In this document: positions 8,463-17,600 of the stretch, in pieces | Numbering within the stretch: the first letter of the stretch is position 1 | Layout of the letters: every line of letters begins with the position of its first letter | Origin: Chlorobiota bacterium | Lineage (GTDB): Bacteria; Bacteroidota; Ignavibacteria; OLB7 | Length of the DNA: 64,000 nucleotides | Assembly: GCA_021296135.1 (NCBI GenBank) | Contig: JAGWAZ010000001.1 | Span: 1,908-65,907, forward strand | Reading direction: 5' to 3' | The notes under the pieces: generated by a model | Database searches by the model: none | The model's input: the letters and a program-made list of their open reading frames with translations, nothing else | Told to the model about the DNA's origin: nothing | Translations under genes and position numbers: made by a program

Positions 8463-9986
8463 TTACGTCTGATTGTAATAGACCTGATTTATTTTCTTTT
8501 CGATGTAGGTTAGGAAGGCCCCTTCGCTTAATGGTTCACCACATATTTCATTTGTTAGTTCAGCCGGACTTTTCGCTTTTCCCCAGCGATGAACCTTCTC
8601 ACGCAGCCATGACAACAGATCCCCGAACTCCCCACGTTCTATCTGTTTATGGTGCTCGGGAAGATCTTTCAGCATGGCTTGGTAGAACATCGCCGCATAC
8701 AGTTTGCCAAGAGAGTAGCTTGGGAAATATCCATGACCACCGAACGACCAGTGTACGTCCTGAAGACATCCCTCAGCATCATTTGCGGGAGTAATCCCCA
8801 GGTACTCCTCCATTTTTGTATTCCAGGCTTCCGGTATATCGTCAACGTTCATCCGCCCGTTGATCAGATCATCCTCGATCTCAAATCTCAGAATGATATG
8901 CAGGTTGTAGGTCAACTCATCGGCCTCAACCCGTATCATACTCGATTTCATTACGTTGACGATTCTGAAGAAACTGTCGGCTGAGATATCGGAAAGTCGT
9001 TCAGGGAACTGCGATTGCAAGGATGGATAGGCCCACTTCCAGAACTCCAGACTCCGCCCTACCATGTTTTCCCAGAAGAGGGACTGTGATTCGTGAATAC
9101 CCATCGATGTTCCATCGGCCAGAGGAGTGCGGGAGTATGCTTTGTCGATACCCTGCTCATACATGCCATGGCCCGCTTCGTGGATCAGACCAAAGAGGCA
9201 GCTCCGAAGATCGTCCCTGTATACTCTCGTTGTTAAACGAACATCACGGATTCCGAATGACGCACAGAACGGATGGGTAGAGAGATCGACCCGACCATCG
9301 GTAAAGTTAAATCCGAGTTTCTTTATGACCTCACGTGCAAACGAAAGCTGCGCGCTGGGATCAAAATCCGTAAAGAGGACTGCATCGGAGATGTCTGCTC
9401 CAGACTGATCTATTTTGTCGAGGAGTCGTGCCGTTCCCTCTTGCAATCGTTCAAAGACCGGACGCAACTGTTCTACCTTCATCCCCGGTTCATACAGATC
9501 AATCAGTGCATCGTACGGATTCTCTTTGTATCCAAGGTATTGAGCGTGTCTCCTCTTGATATCAATGATCTTTGCAAGGTTATCCCGAAAGATCGAGAAG
9601 TCACTTTTGCTTCGCGCCTTTTTCCAGGATTGCTGTGCAAGTGAAGTGACCTTTGACATCTCCCGAACAAATTCATCCGGCAACTTTACTGCTTGCTCAC
9701 GTTCCCGGGAGAACTCACGCAGAGCCGCTATCTGCCACTCTGAAAGATCTGCCGCACTGCCATTTGATACCAACTCTTCAACAAGTTTGCCCGCTTTATC
9801 CGAGGTCATCATCTGGTGAATCAAGGCATTAAGCGTTGCAATCTGCTCGGCCCGTTCTTCGGCCGCTCCATCGGGCATGTACGTCTCCTGATCCCAGCCC
9901 AACACAGAAGAAGCAGCAGTAAGATCGCTGATTGTTCTGGTCGTTGACAGAAATTCATCAAAAGTCTGATTTGTCGTTGATCCCAT
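8463..9986 (-). CDS. M32 carboxypeptidase (Taq-like metallocarboxypeptidase)
   Basis: 507 aa. HEAGHGMYEQG (HExxH), HESQS and DIR-type M32 motifs. Confidence 0.8.
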   Translation of the reverse strand: MGSTTNQTFDEFLSTTRTISDLTAASSVLGWDQETYMPDGAAEERAEQIATLNALIHQMMTSDKAGKLVEELVSNGSAADLSEWQIAALREFSREREQAVKLPDEFVREMSKVTSLAQQSWKKARSKSDFSIFRDNLAKIIDIKRRHAQYLGYKENPYDALIDLYEPGMKVEQLRPVFERLQEGTARLLDKIDQSGADISDAVLFTDFDPSAQLSFAREVIKKLGFNFTDGRVDLSTHPFCASFGIRDVRLTTRVYRDDLRSCLFGLIHEAGHGMYEQGIDKAYSRTPLADGTSMGIHESQSLFWENMVGRSLEFWKWAYPSLQSQFPERLSDISADSFFRIVNVMKSSMIRVEADELTYNLHIILRFEIEDDLINGRMNVDDIPEAWNTKMEEYLGITPANDAEGCLQDVHWSFGGHGYFPSYSLGKLYAAMFYQAMLKDLPEHHKQIERGEFGDLLSWLREKVHRWGKAKSPAELTNEICGEPLSEGAFLTYIEKKINQVYYNQT

Positions 9987-10147
9987 AACGTTTGATAATG
10001 ATTATATCTAATAAGAAAACTTCGGAATAATAATCAAATCGGCATCAGGAAAGAAGAGGAGAACGAAAAAGAGCGCAGTACACAAAGATTCAGCATTAAC
10101 CTGAAAGCCCACTACTTTCTTACCTTACACTTTTACCTTTCTACCTT

Positions 10148-11395
10148 TTAATTTCTAACTTTCTCTGCCACCATTGAGATCCCCGTTTTGTCTGGCAACA
10201 AATACCTTTGCTGATACTCAATAGCCCCTTGCTGCAAAAAAGCTCCCTCGAACTGACCTCCATCTAAGTACTGTTTCTCTACCTGTCGAATCGCTCTATT
10301 GGAACTGAGCGAAGGGGCGGCACGATAGCATTGACATGTCCCTTGAATCAACATGCTGTCATTCATAACCACACCCTCTGCCAGCAGAACAGGCAACAGT
10401 GCATTGATAATGATATCGCTTGCTCGGGATGTTCCGATCAACGATTTTGAGCCAAAGCGAACAAGAAAAAGACCTCTGATCTCTTTGTACGGGCAATTTG
10501 ATGCGATTAACCGTGCGGCGTTTGTAAGTAGATCGTCGTTGTAAAGATCATAGACCAACTTTCCGCCAGCCCATATTCGTCGCTCCGGAGTGTTTGCAGG
10601 CCGCACTCTAAAATTCCACTCTGGGTCGACCGGATGGTCAGCTTCGGAGGGCAATATACTTCGCAAACGCGACTCGGATACGAATCTGGAAGCGACCGCC
10701 GTCAGGCGTTCAACCGGCAGACCGGATTGCGAAAAAAGATGAGAAAGGATCTCGTCAAACGTTGCCCCGATCAGTCTGTGACGGCCTGCAAAAAGCCTCT
10801 CGGCCACGCGTTTCATTGGTCCACGATTTGCGCTGAATCCAAGAGCATCGAATAGCCGGTACAGGAATTCGCGTTCTATTTGTAAGTCGTTGGTCAAACG
10901 CGGCTCTCTGCGGATAGCCTCGATTGCCCGGCACAGAAGTCGGCTCCAGGCCAACTCAACAAGGGGTTGTAGTGATAACTTCTTCTCCCCAAAGCTGAAA
11001 TCACTCGTCTCTTCTTTCTTCTCGTTTGAATCACGCCTGAGTACAATCGTTGGAATATCTAACCGAAGTCGTGCCTCATCAGGTGCCTGGGCCAATACGT
11101 GCAGAATAACATTGGAATATACGGGGTCTTCATGATGTTTGTGTGTGAACCAGTCCGATTCCCTCATGTGCATTTCAACCGGTCCGACAAACATGTTGCC
11201 GTCGATAAGAAGGATCCCGTTGAGGAAGTCGGGACCATCGGATTTGTTCCTCACACCGGGTGATAACAGACTAATTCTCTCTCCAGTAAGAGCATGAAAT
11301 GTGGTTCCGGGAACCGGAAGTTTCTGCCAGATAGTAAGCAGGTCATCTTCACAACCGATGGTGCGACCACAATCGATGGGTCCGGATGATTTCAT
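10148..11395 (-). CDS. DUF2851-family protein
   Basis: N-terminus ...LSPGVRNKSDGPDFLNGILLIDGNMFVGPVEMHMRESDWFTHKHHEDPVYSNVILHV is characteristic of Bacteroidota DUF2851. Confidence 0.55.
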   Translation of the reverse strand: MKSSGPIDCGRTIGCEDDLLTIWQKLPVPGTTFHALTGERISLLSPGVRNKSDGPDFLNGILLIDGNMFVGPVEMHMRESDWFTHKHHEDPVYSNVILHVLAQAPDEARLRLDIPTIVLRRDSNEKKEETSDFSFGEKKLSLQPLVELAWSRLLCRAIEAIRREPRLTNDLQIEREFLYRLFDALGFSANRGPMKRVAERLFAGRHRLIGATFDEILSHLFSQSGLPVERLTAVASRFVSESRLRSILPSEADHPVDPEWNFRVRPANTPERRIWAGGKLVYDLYNDDLLTNAARLIASNCPYKEIRGLFLVRFGSKSLIGTSRASDIIINALLPVLLAEGVVMNDSMLIQGTCQCYRAAPSLSSNRAIRQVEKQYLDGGQFEGAFLQQGAIEYQQRYLLPDKTGISMVAEKVRN

Positions 11396-11562
11396 GATGA
11401 TCTTGTGCTGAGGTTTGTTACAGGTAATATCTCTTTGCGGTTATAGTACGTTTCAGCCCGATTTCTTCTTTGCGCTCCTTGGAGACCTTTGCGGTTTTCT
11501 TCATTGGGAAGAGAAACCGCGAAGAATGCGAAGGGAGGCAAAGAATATCTATAAGGAGAAGA

Positions 11563-12402
11563 TTATAGAGCTGCCTCGGCCATTCTGACCCGCGCATCAG
11601 GATCTTCCTTCGCTAACTGAGCCACAAAATCGAGAGTGGCTTCGCGAGCTTTCTGTACAAAATCTTCACCGGAGCCTGCCTTGCTAATTCCACGAGAGAC
11701 ATTGACGAAGGCAACTCCTCCATCGTTTGCCTTGACCGTTCCCCCAGCATCTCCCCCTTGCGTTCCAACACCTGGAATCAGCAGAGGTATATTGGGGCCA
11801 ACACGACTCCGCACCTTCCCCAATTTATTCGGATGTGTTGCTCCAACAACAAATCCGAGTTGATCTCGAACACCGAACTCCTCAAGGCACCGGTCGATAA
11901 CGTTTACGTAGAGTGGTTTTCCGTCGGTCGTTATCCGCTGGAACTGCGCAGATCCAGGATTCGATGTCAGGGCGAGAACAAAGATGCACTTTCCTTCATA
12001 CCGGAAGTAGGTCTCAAGCGTATCGGTTCCCATGTAAGGATTGACCGTCAGCCCATCGAACCCCCAGAACTCGAACATTGCCTGAGCATAGTGATCAGCG
12101 GTATTTCCTATGTCACCTCTTTTGGCGTCTCCTATCGTGATGATATGCTCGGGAATAGCCTCCAGAGTTCCCTGTAGCGCCTCCATTCCCTTCATCCCGG
12201 CACTCTCGTAGAATGCGAGGTTCATCTTATAGGCAGAGCATAAATCGCTTGTCGCTTCGATAATGGCTTTGTTAAAGGCAAGAATCGGATTCGATTCCGC
12301 CTGAAGGTGATCGGGTATCCAGGCAAGATCGGTGTCGAGTCCAACGCAAAGGCGGGTTCCGTTCGTTTCGAGAAGGTTACTGTAGCGTTTGTTAAATGTC
12401 AT
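11563..12402 (-). CDS. pyrF: Orotidine 5'-phosphate decarboxylase (type 2, long form)
   Basis: DAKRGDIGNTA catalytic motif, 279 aa. Confidence 0.85.
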   Translation of the reverse strand: MTFNKRYSNLLETNGTRLCVGLDTDLAWIPDHLQAESNPILAFNKAIIEATSDLCSAYKMNLAFYESAGMKGMEALQGTLEAIPEHIITIGDAKRGDIGNTADHYAQAMFEFWGFDGLTVNPYMGTDTLETYFRYEGKCIFVLALTSNPGSAQFQRITTDGKPLYVNVIDRCLEEFGVRDQLGFVVGATHPNKLGKVRSRVGPNIPLLIPGVGTQGGDAGGTVKANDGGVAFVNVSRGISKAGSGEDFVQKAREATLDFVAQLAKEDPDARVRMAEAAL

Positions 12403-12416
12403 CTATAGCTTGTTGC

Positions 12417-12720
12417 TTACACCCTTATGTTACGACCGATTGATCTCTGGAATGTATGAAACATCCCGAAGAAAATAATGATCCGATACTCTTTGCATAC
12501 CTCTGCGCCGTAACGAACGATTTCATTGACCATGTTCTGAAGGTAGCTCCGAATCTGTTCGTTCTGATAGATCGGGTACTCTTTGGGATTGTTTCGAATT
12601 TCCGCGTCAATATCTGCGCCAAGCTGAGCATCCTGTTATACTGTGAACAGATTTGCTCCGCACGCCATACCAATGACTGCAATGCAAAGGTAGACTGAAT
12701 TGAGAATGTGATTTCTCATA
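12417..12720 (-). pseudogene. Degraded secreted-protein remnant. A signal-peptide-like ORF (MRNHILNSVYLCIAVIGMACGANLFTV) is followed by an in-frame TAA and a further 70 codons, ending 15 nt upstream of pyrF.
   Basis: One reading frame reads MRNHILNSVYLCIAVIGMACGANLFTV*QDAQLGADIDAEIRNNPKEYPIYQNEQIRSYLQNMVNEIVRYGAEV.... There is weak resemblance to the N-terminus of M48/BepA-like peptidases but no HExxH. At ~100 aa it is too short for an intact member. Confidence 0.3.
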
Positions 12721-12800
12721 GTTTTTGTGGTTGGTTGCCGTAGGTACTTGGCCCGAATGGTACGCAAGAGAGCGTAAGTGAACAAGAAAAAGTCACGTTA

Positions 12801-13562
12801 TCAGTACAAAGGTTGAAAGGCCGAGTTCTCATAATCGACATGGATCAGCGATAATCCCGTTGTCGGAGCCGCAACGCTTTGTCGCGACCTATCCTTTGAT
12901 TTCAATATTTCAGGCACTTCCTCTGCCCCACGAGCTCCCCTACCCACATCATACTGAACTCCTACCAGCAACCGCACCATTCCATAGAGAAACCTGTTTG
13001 CAGTAATGTGGAAGTCAAGGTGGATCCCACCATCATGCCATTGAGCGGAATAGACCTCACAAACTGCGTCCGGAGTGTCGGGATTGTGCTTGGAGAGGGC
13101 TGTATAATCATGCGTTCCCCTGAAGTACAAAGCGACATCGTTCATTGTGTTTACGTCGAGTTCAAAAGGGAGATACCAGGCATAGCGTGCTAAGAAAGGA
13201 TCCGGCTTTCTGATGATTCGGTAGCGGTAACTCCGCCTGCGGGCTGAATAGCGAGCATGGAATTCATCATCGACCGTTGAGAGGTTGGCTATTACGAGGT
13301 CGGAAGGAGACATACGCTGGAGGGCCTTGAGCAACTGGTCGTCGTCATAGCGTGTGCCCAGGTCTGCATGAGCAACCTGACCGTAAGCGTGTACGCCTGA
13401 GTCTGTCCTGCCCGCTCCCACTATCGTGATAGATCTATCGCCGCAGAGCCTTGATAACATTGTCTCAATGACCTCTTGCACAGTCCGGCCGCTTCCCTGT
13501 CGCTGCCAGCCAAGGAAATCAGTTCCGTCATACATGATCTGCATTGCAACTCTGCGCATCAT
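12801..13562 (-). CDS. truA: tRNA pseudouridine(38-40) synthase
   Basis: IMYDGTDFLGWQRQ and GAGRTDSGVHA motifs. The N-terminus is intact. Confidence 0.9.
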   Translation of the reverse strand: MMRRVAMQIMYDGTDFLGWQRQGSGRTVQEVIETMLSRLCGDRSITIVGAGRTDSGVHAYGQVAHADLGTRYDDDQLLKALQRMSPSDLVIANLSTVDDEFHARYSARRRSYRYRIIRKPDPFLARYAWYLPFELDVNTMNDVALYFRGTHDYTALSKHNPDTPDAVCEVYSAQWHDGGIHLDFHITANRFLYGMVRLLVGVQYDVGRGARGAEEVPEILKSKDRSRQSVAAPTTGLSLIHVDYENSAFQPLY

Positions 13563-13565
13563 AAC

Positions 13566-13632
13566 GTCAGCTCTTTGACCCCCGACTCTTCAACCCTCGA
13601 CTCTTTGACCCCCGACTCTTCGACTTCAACCC
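13566..13632. repeat. CGACTC-rich dispersed repeat, copy 2. It is internally a ~31-bp direct repeat, placed immediately upstream of the truA start.
   Basis: Sequence tcagctctttgacccccgactcttcaaccctcgactctttgacccccgactcttcgacttcaaccc. Confidence 0.6.
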
Positions 13633-13633
13633 A

Positions 13634-13666
13634 CAAAAAAACGCAGTCTACAGAGGAGACTGCGCC
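13634..13666 (-). terminator. Rho-independent terminator of rpmF
   Basis: Minus strand reads CGCAGTCTcctctgtAGACTGCG (8-bp perfect stem, 7-nt loop) followed by TTTTTTTG, 25 nt after the rpmF stop. Confidence 0.7.
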
Positions 13667-13690
13667 ATTAAATAATCTGCTTTTGACATG

Positions 13691-13876
13691 CTATGTCGAG
13701 ATTGTCTTGGTGAGAATAACTCGACCGTTGTAGTAACCACAGCTTCGACAAGCGGTGTGGTGCCTCTTGGTCTCACCACAATTCGGACACTTACCAATCG
13801 CCGGTTCCGACAATTTATAGTGAGTTCTCCTTTTATCTCTTCTTGACTTCGAAATTTTTCGTTTGGGATGTGCCAT
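13691..13876 (-). CDS. rpmF: 50S ribosomal protein L32
   Basis: MAHPKRKISKSRRDKRRTHYKL...CPNCGE...CRSCGYY, with the zinc-ribbon L32 pattern. Confidence 0.9.
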   Translation of the reverse strand: MAHPKRKISKSRRDKRRTHYKLSEPAIGKCPNCGETKRHHTACRSCGYYNGRVILTKTIST

Positions 13877-13915
13877 AAGCCTACCTCGTCCCTTTATGTT
13901 TCTGTTTATAGAGTT

Positions 13916-14491
13916 TTAGTTCAAGCTCGTTCCATCAGGAAAAAGTCCCTTCAGATTTGCCCACCGAGGATCGATCGTCTCGCCGTCACATTCACATGCT
14001 TCCTGGTTCAAGTTTGTTCCGCACATACTGCAAAGCCCTTTGCAATCTTCACCACAAAGATTTTTCATCGGGATCCCGAGTTGCAGTGTCTCCACCACCT
14101 CCTTATCGAGCGTAATCGCATGTTCATCGGCTTTGAGCGTGTATATCCCCCCAACGCCGTCATCCTTATCATGATTGTATTCTTCCGGCGATTCCCCAAC
14201 TACCCGGTAATAGAGTGAGAACTCCGCCTTAAAGTCTTGTTCTGTCTTGCATAAACATCGGTCGCATTCTCCCGTTTGAGTGGCAGAAACATCACTATGA
14301 ACATGATACTGCCCCCCAACCCTCGAAATAGTTCCGCTTACTCGTACAGTTCCGGAGTATGCATCCTCAACGCCCAATCCCTTGACGTCAGAATTGAAAG
14401 CGAACTGATATTCTTTCTCTTCAAGTCCGACAATCGGAATCACCAGAAGAGCCGAAGAATTATGCCTCTCCTTTCCCGGTTGTGGATTCAT
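13916..14491 (-). CDS. yceD: YceD/DUF177 family protein (large-subunit accumulation protein), in the conserved position upstream of rpmF
   Basis: 191 aa, CxxC...CxxC motifs. The yceD-rpmF gene order is conserved. Confidence 0.7.
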   Translation of the reverse strand: MNPQPGKERHNSSALLVIPIVGLEEKEYQFAFNSDVKGLGVEDAYSGTVRVSGTISRVGGQYHVHSDVSATQTGECDRCLCKTEQDFKAEFSLYYRVVGESPEEYNHDKDDGVGGIYTLKADEHAITLDKEVVETLQLGIPMKNLCGEDCKGLCSMCGTNLNQEACECDGETIDPRWANLKGLFPDGTSLN

Positions 14492-14634
14492 CGCAAAGCC
14501 CTCTCTCCTGCTCTTATCCAGATAGCAAATTATAAAGATACACCGAGGGGGTTCTGTGATACAAAAATTGTCTGAAACGAACTGTAGTCTCCGTATGCTG
14601 GTTACGGTGCCTGACAGGCTATTATTACCAGGCT

Positions 14635-17600
14635 TTAGGGCACAATCGCAATTTTCTTCAGACGAGAGTCGATTTCGGAACCATCAGTTGTCTTGAGAGC
14701 AACACGATAAAGATAGATCCCGGCCGGTAAAGGCTTTCCTCTACTGTCCTTACCATCCCACCTCGCTCCACCACCATGCCCCCGATTGACTTCAATCTCA
14801 CGGAGAAAAAGACCCGCCTGAGTATAGATCTTGATTAGAGCGATCTTTGGAAGCCCGGCAAAGGTCACAAATTCATCTTTGCTGAGAGAAAAAGGGTGTG
14901 GATAAACAAAAAGATTATCAAGATTATCCGAAGAGATCGTGAATCCGACAACACTTCCAGCCCCTTGATTCAGCAGATTGCCTGTGCTTGAACGGACACC
15001 TTTTATTGTGATGGTATAATCAAACCCAAACGGTCCAAGAAGATAATCCTCTTCCATTTGAAGAATCACTTTTCTGCTATTCTCGGAGTCAAACTCAATA
15101 GCAAGGATGGTCCCCGGAGGATCAACATGATAGTTATCAATAAGCCCTGCGCTCTTTTCTTCTACACTCTGATTGAAGGTGATAACAATCCGCTTTCCTT
15201 GCATCGGTTCGGCCTTGCCTGCAATAAAGATCTCGCCCGGCGCAGGATCAAGCATCTTCACACTCAGAACCTGACTGGTATCGGCCGGAGAGCCATAGAG
15301 ATCGCGAAGTAGTGACGTAAACCTGATCATCAATCTCTCACCAGAGTGATCCTCTAGTAGCGTCAGAAGCAGCGTGCGACCTCCTTGATATTGAATCGTC
15401 GAGACCCGGGCACCCTCGCTATCCTCTTCTCTGATAAGGGTTATCACTCCAGTTCGATAAAGTCCCTCGCGCAATTCCTCCGACGTTCTGATAACGATTT
15501 GCGTTCCGTTAATAGCCTCGGCTCCAATCGGTTTGACAGGATTATGAGTGAAGAGCCTGATCGCCTCACTGCCATTACTCTCGGAATCCAGAGCTTCGGT
15601 GTCCATAGCTGTGACGATATACCCGTAGTTGGCCTCAGCATCAAGACGTCCTGTGGAGGTACCAAGACCGGTATCAACAAACTGAGTCTGGTCAGTTTCA
15701 ACGATAAGCGAAAATGTGACCTGATTCTCAGGAACATCCAGGAATGCTCTGTAGACTCGATACTGTTCCGCTCCCTGAACACTATCCCATCGCAGGAAGG
15801 CAGTCGAATCGCTCAATGCCCAGCCATCAAGTCCTGCAGGAGGAGCCGGGCCATCAAAGGTTGGGTCGATCTGGTAGAAGCTGATACGGGTCCCGTCACC
15901 GGCACCGAGTTCATTCGTCCCGTCTTTATCAAAGTCGCGAATAATCGGTTGATTGATAATTGATCTCCCTCTCCACCAGAATGGTTTCAAGCGACCAAGT
16001 CCGGAATCCCACCGAAAGAGGTAGAGACTTGGAAAAATCGAGAGAGCGATTTCATCACCCGGCTTGCCATCAAGTTCCCCAGTCCTTATGCCTGTTCTGA
16101 AGTCTGTCGCTCCACGAACCCAGGCAACTCCCTCACGGGCCATTTCAAGAGCATCACCCCCTTCACTGAATCGCAGCGCCCTGATCGTCCAGAGAGGAGG
16201 TTCGTATTCTTTATCCTCATTGCGGAACAATGGTGCACGGTAGGCAAGCAGAAGTTCATCCCTGCCATTATTGTCGATGTCTCCGGCCGCAAACATATTT
16301 CTGTTATCCCCTTCTCGACCATCATTCTCCTCGAACCAGAGCAACGCAAACTGGTCTTCCCCCCGGTATTCGTACAGGACAAAGTCATCGTCAGTGTCAC
16401 TGAAAAGGATCTCCATCTTGCCATTGCCGTTCACATCACAGATTGCAATGTCACTTGCTCCGAGGATGTTCACCGCGGACCCATCCTCAGGAGATGTGGG
16501 GTTCTCAAGTCGGGCAATCTCCGAATAGGCCGACCCGTTCCACCTGCTGACAACATAGTATTGCTCATGCGTTCGACTATCCTCTCTATATCCGATTAAC
16601 TCATCCCGGCCATCGCCATCAAAGTCAAACAGTCCACTGAAATAAAAACTATTTGCCTCGGTCTCAGAAAACTTGACGCTCGCAAAAGGTTTTCCAGAAG
16701 GAGCTTCCTGTTCATAGAGAATACCAGTACCACTCGATTGACCAAGAATTTCGTAGAGCTTGTTTCCATCGGTGTCACCCACTCCCCGTGGAAGCCAGCT
16801 ATCAGTTGAGTCAGCCGGCACAAATGAGATACCATCGAACTGATAAAGAATAAGGGGCCCGAAAGCAAAATCATCAAGCCGGTTCATCAGGAGTTCCGGA
16901 GTCTCAGGATCGATAACTGAGGGTTGATCCGGAAGGACATAACCGTATGGTGCACTCCACGCACGTTTGCTCATACTTGTCAACGGGAACGACTCTGCCG
17001 GCACAGTTACGGAACGAGGTGATTCAGGCGATCCGATCGTTGAGACTAAACCAGCAGGGTTGCTTAGAGTGATGTACATATCATATGGAATTCCGGGCTC
17101 AATCTCTTCGTGCGTGATAAACCAGAAATGCGTGCGTGTCAACCCCGTTCGCTCCGCTTCCAACTCGTAAGGAAGATACGGAGCGTCTCCGCCAGATGGA
17201 CGAAGCCAGAGACGTGCATGAGTTCTGTCATCTGTTTTCAACCTCACACCAAGCACACGTCGGTCGTAGAGCCAGAGATTTTGGATAGTTTCGCTGAGAG
17301 GAACCGGAGGTGTTCGATCAACATAAAAGCGAATGCGTCGTTCATACCAACGGCCTTTTGTCAGGAGGAGCTGTAACCTGATTGTATAGATCGTATCATT
17401 CAGGGCCGATGTTGAGAACTCGGCAAGGGAGGAATTCAGAACGCCTTCATTACCACTCCCAATTGTTATCCAATCTGACGGGACTTCCCCCACTCCGTAA
17501 TCGAGACTCCAAGACTCGAGAAACGGAGTGACAACCGACCCAACGACATCTATAGTTGTATCGGCCGCAGCACCTTGGTCAATGCGTGGAGAGATAATCT

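Noticed and set aside
11440-11540. 12-bp imperfect hairpin gcggttttcttc/gaagagaaaccgc between DUF2851 and pyrF
   Set aside because: No flanking T run on either strand and no recurrence elsewhere. It is probably an incidental secondary structure.
13476-13733. ORF translating the CGACTC repeat (..LTPDSSTLDSLTPDSSTS..)
   Set aside because: The repetitive peptide comes purely from translating the tandem repeat, and the ORF overlaps truA and the rpmF terminator on the opposite strand.
15385-15963. 192-aa plus-strand ORF inside the S8 protease gene, with several other antisense ORFs between 15058 and 18831 including a His/Pro/Gln-rich one at 17952-18470
   Set aside because: All lie antisense within a 4.4-kb gene that has intact catalytic motifs. 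Their low-complexity composition is typical of shadow ORFs.
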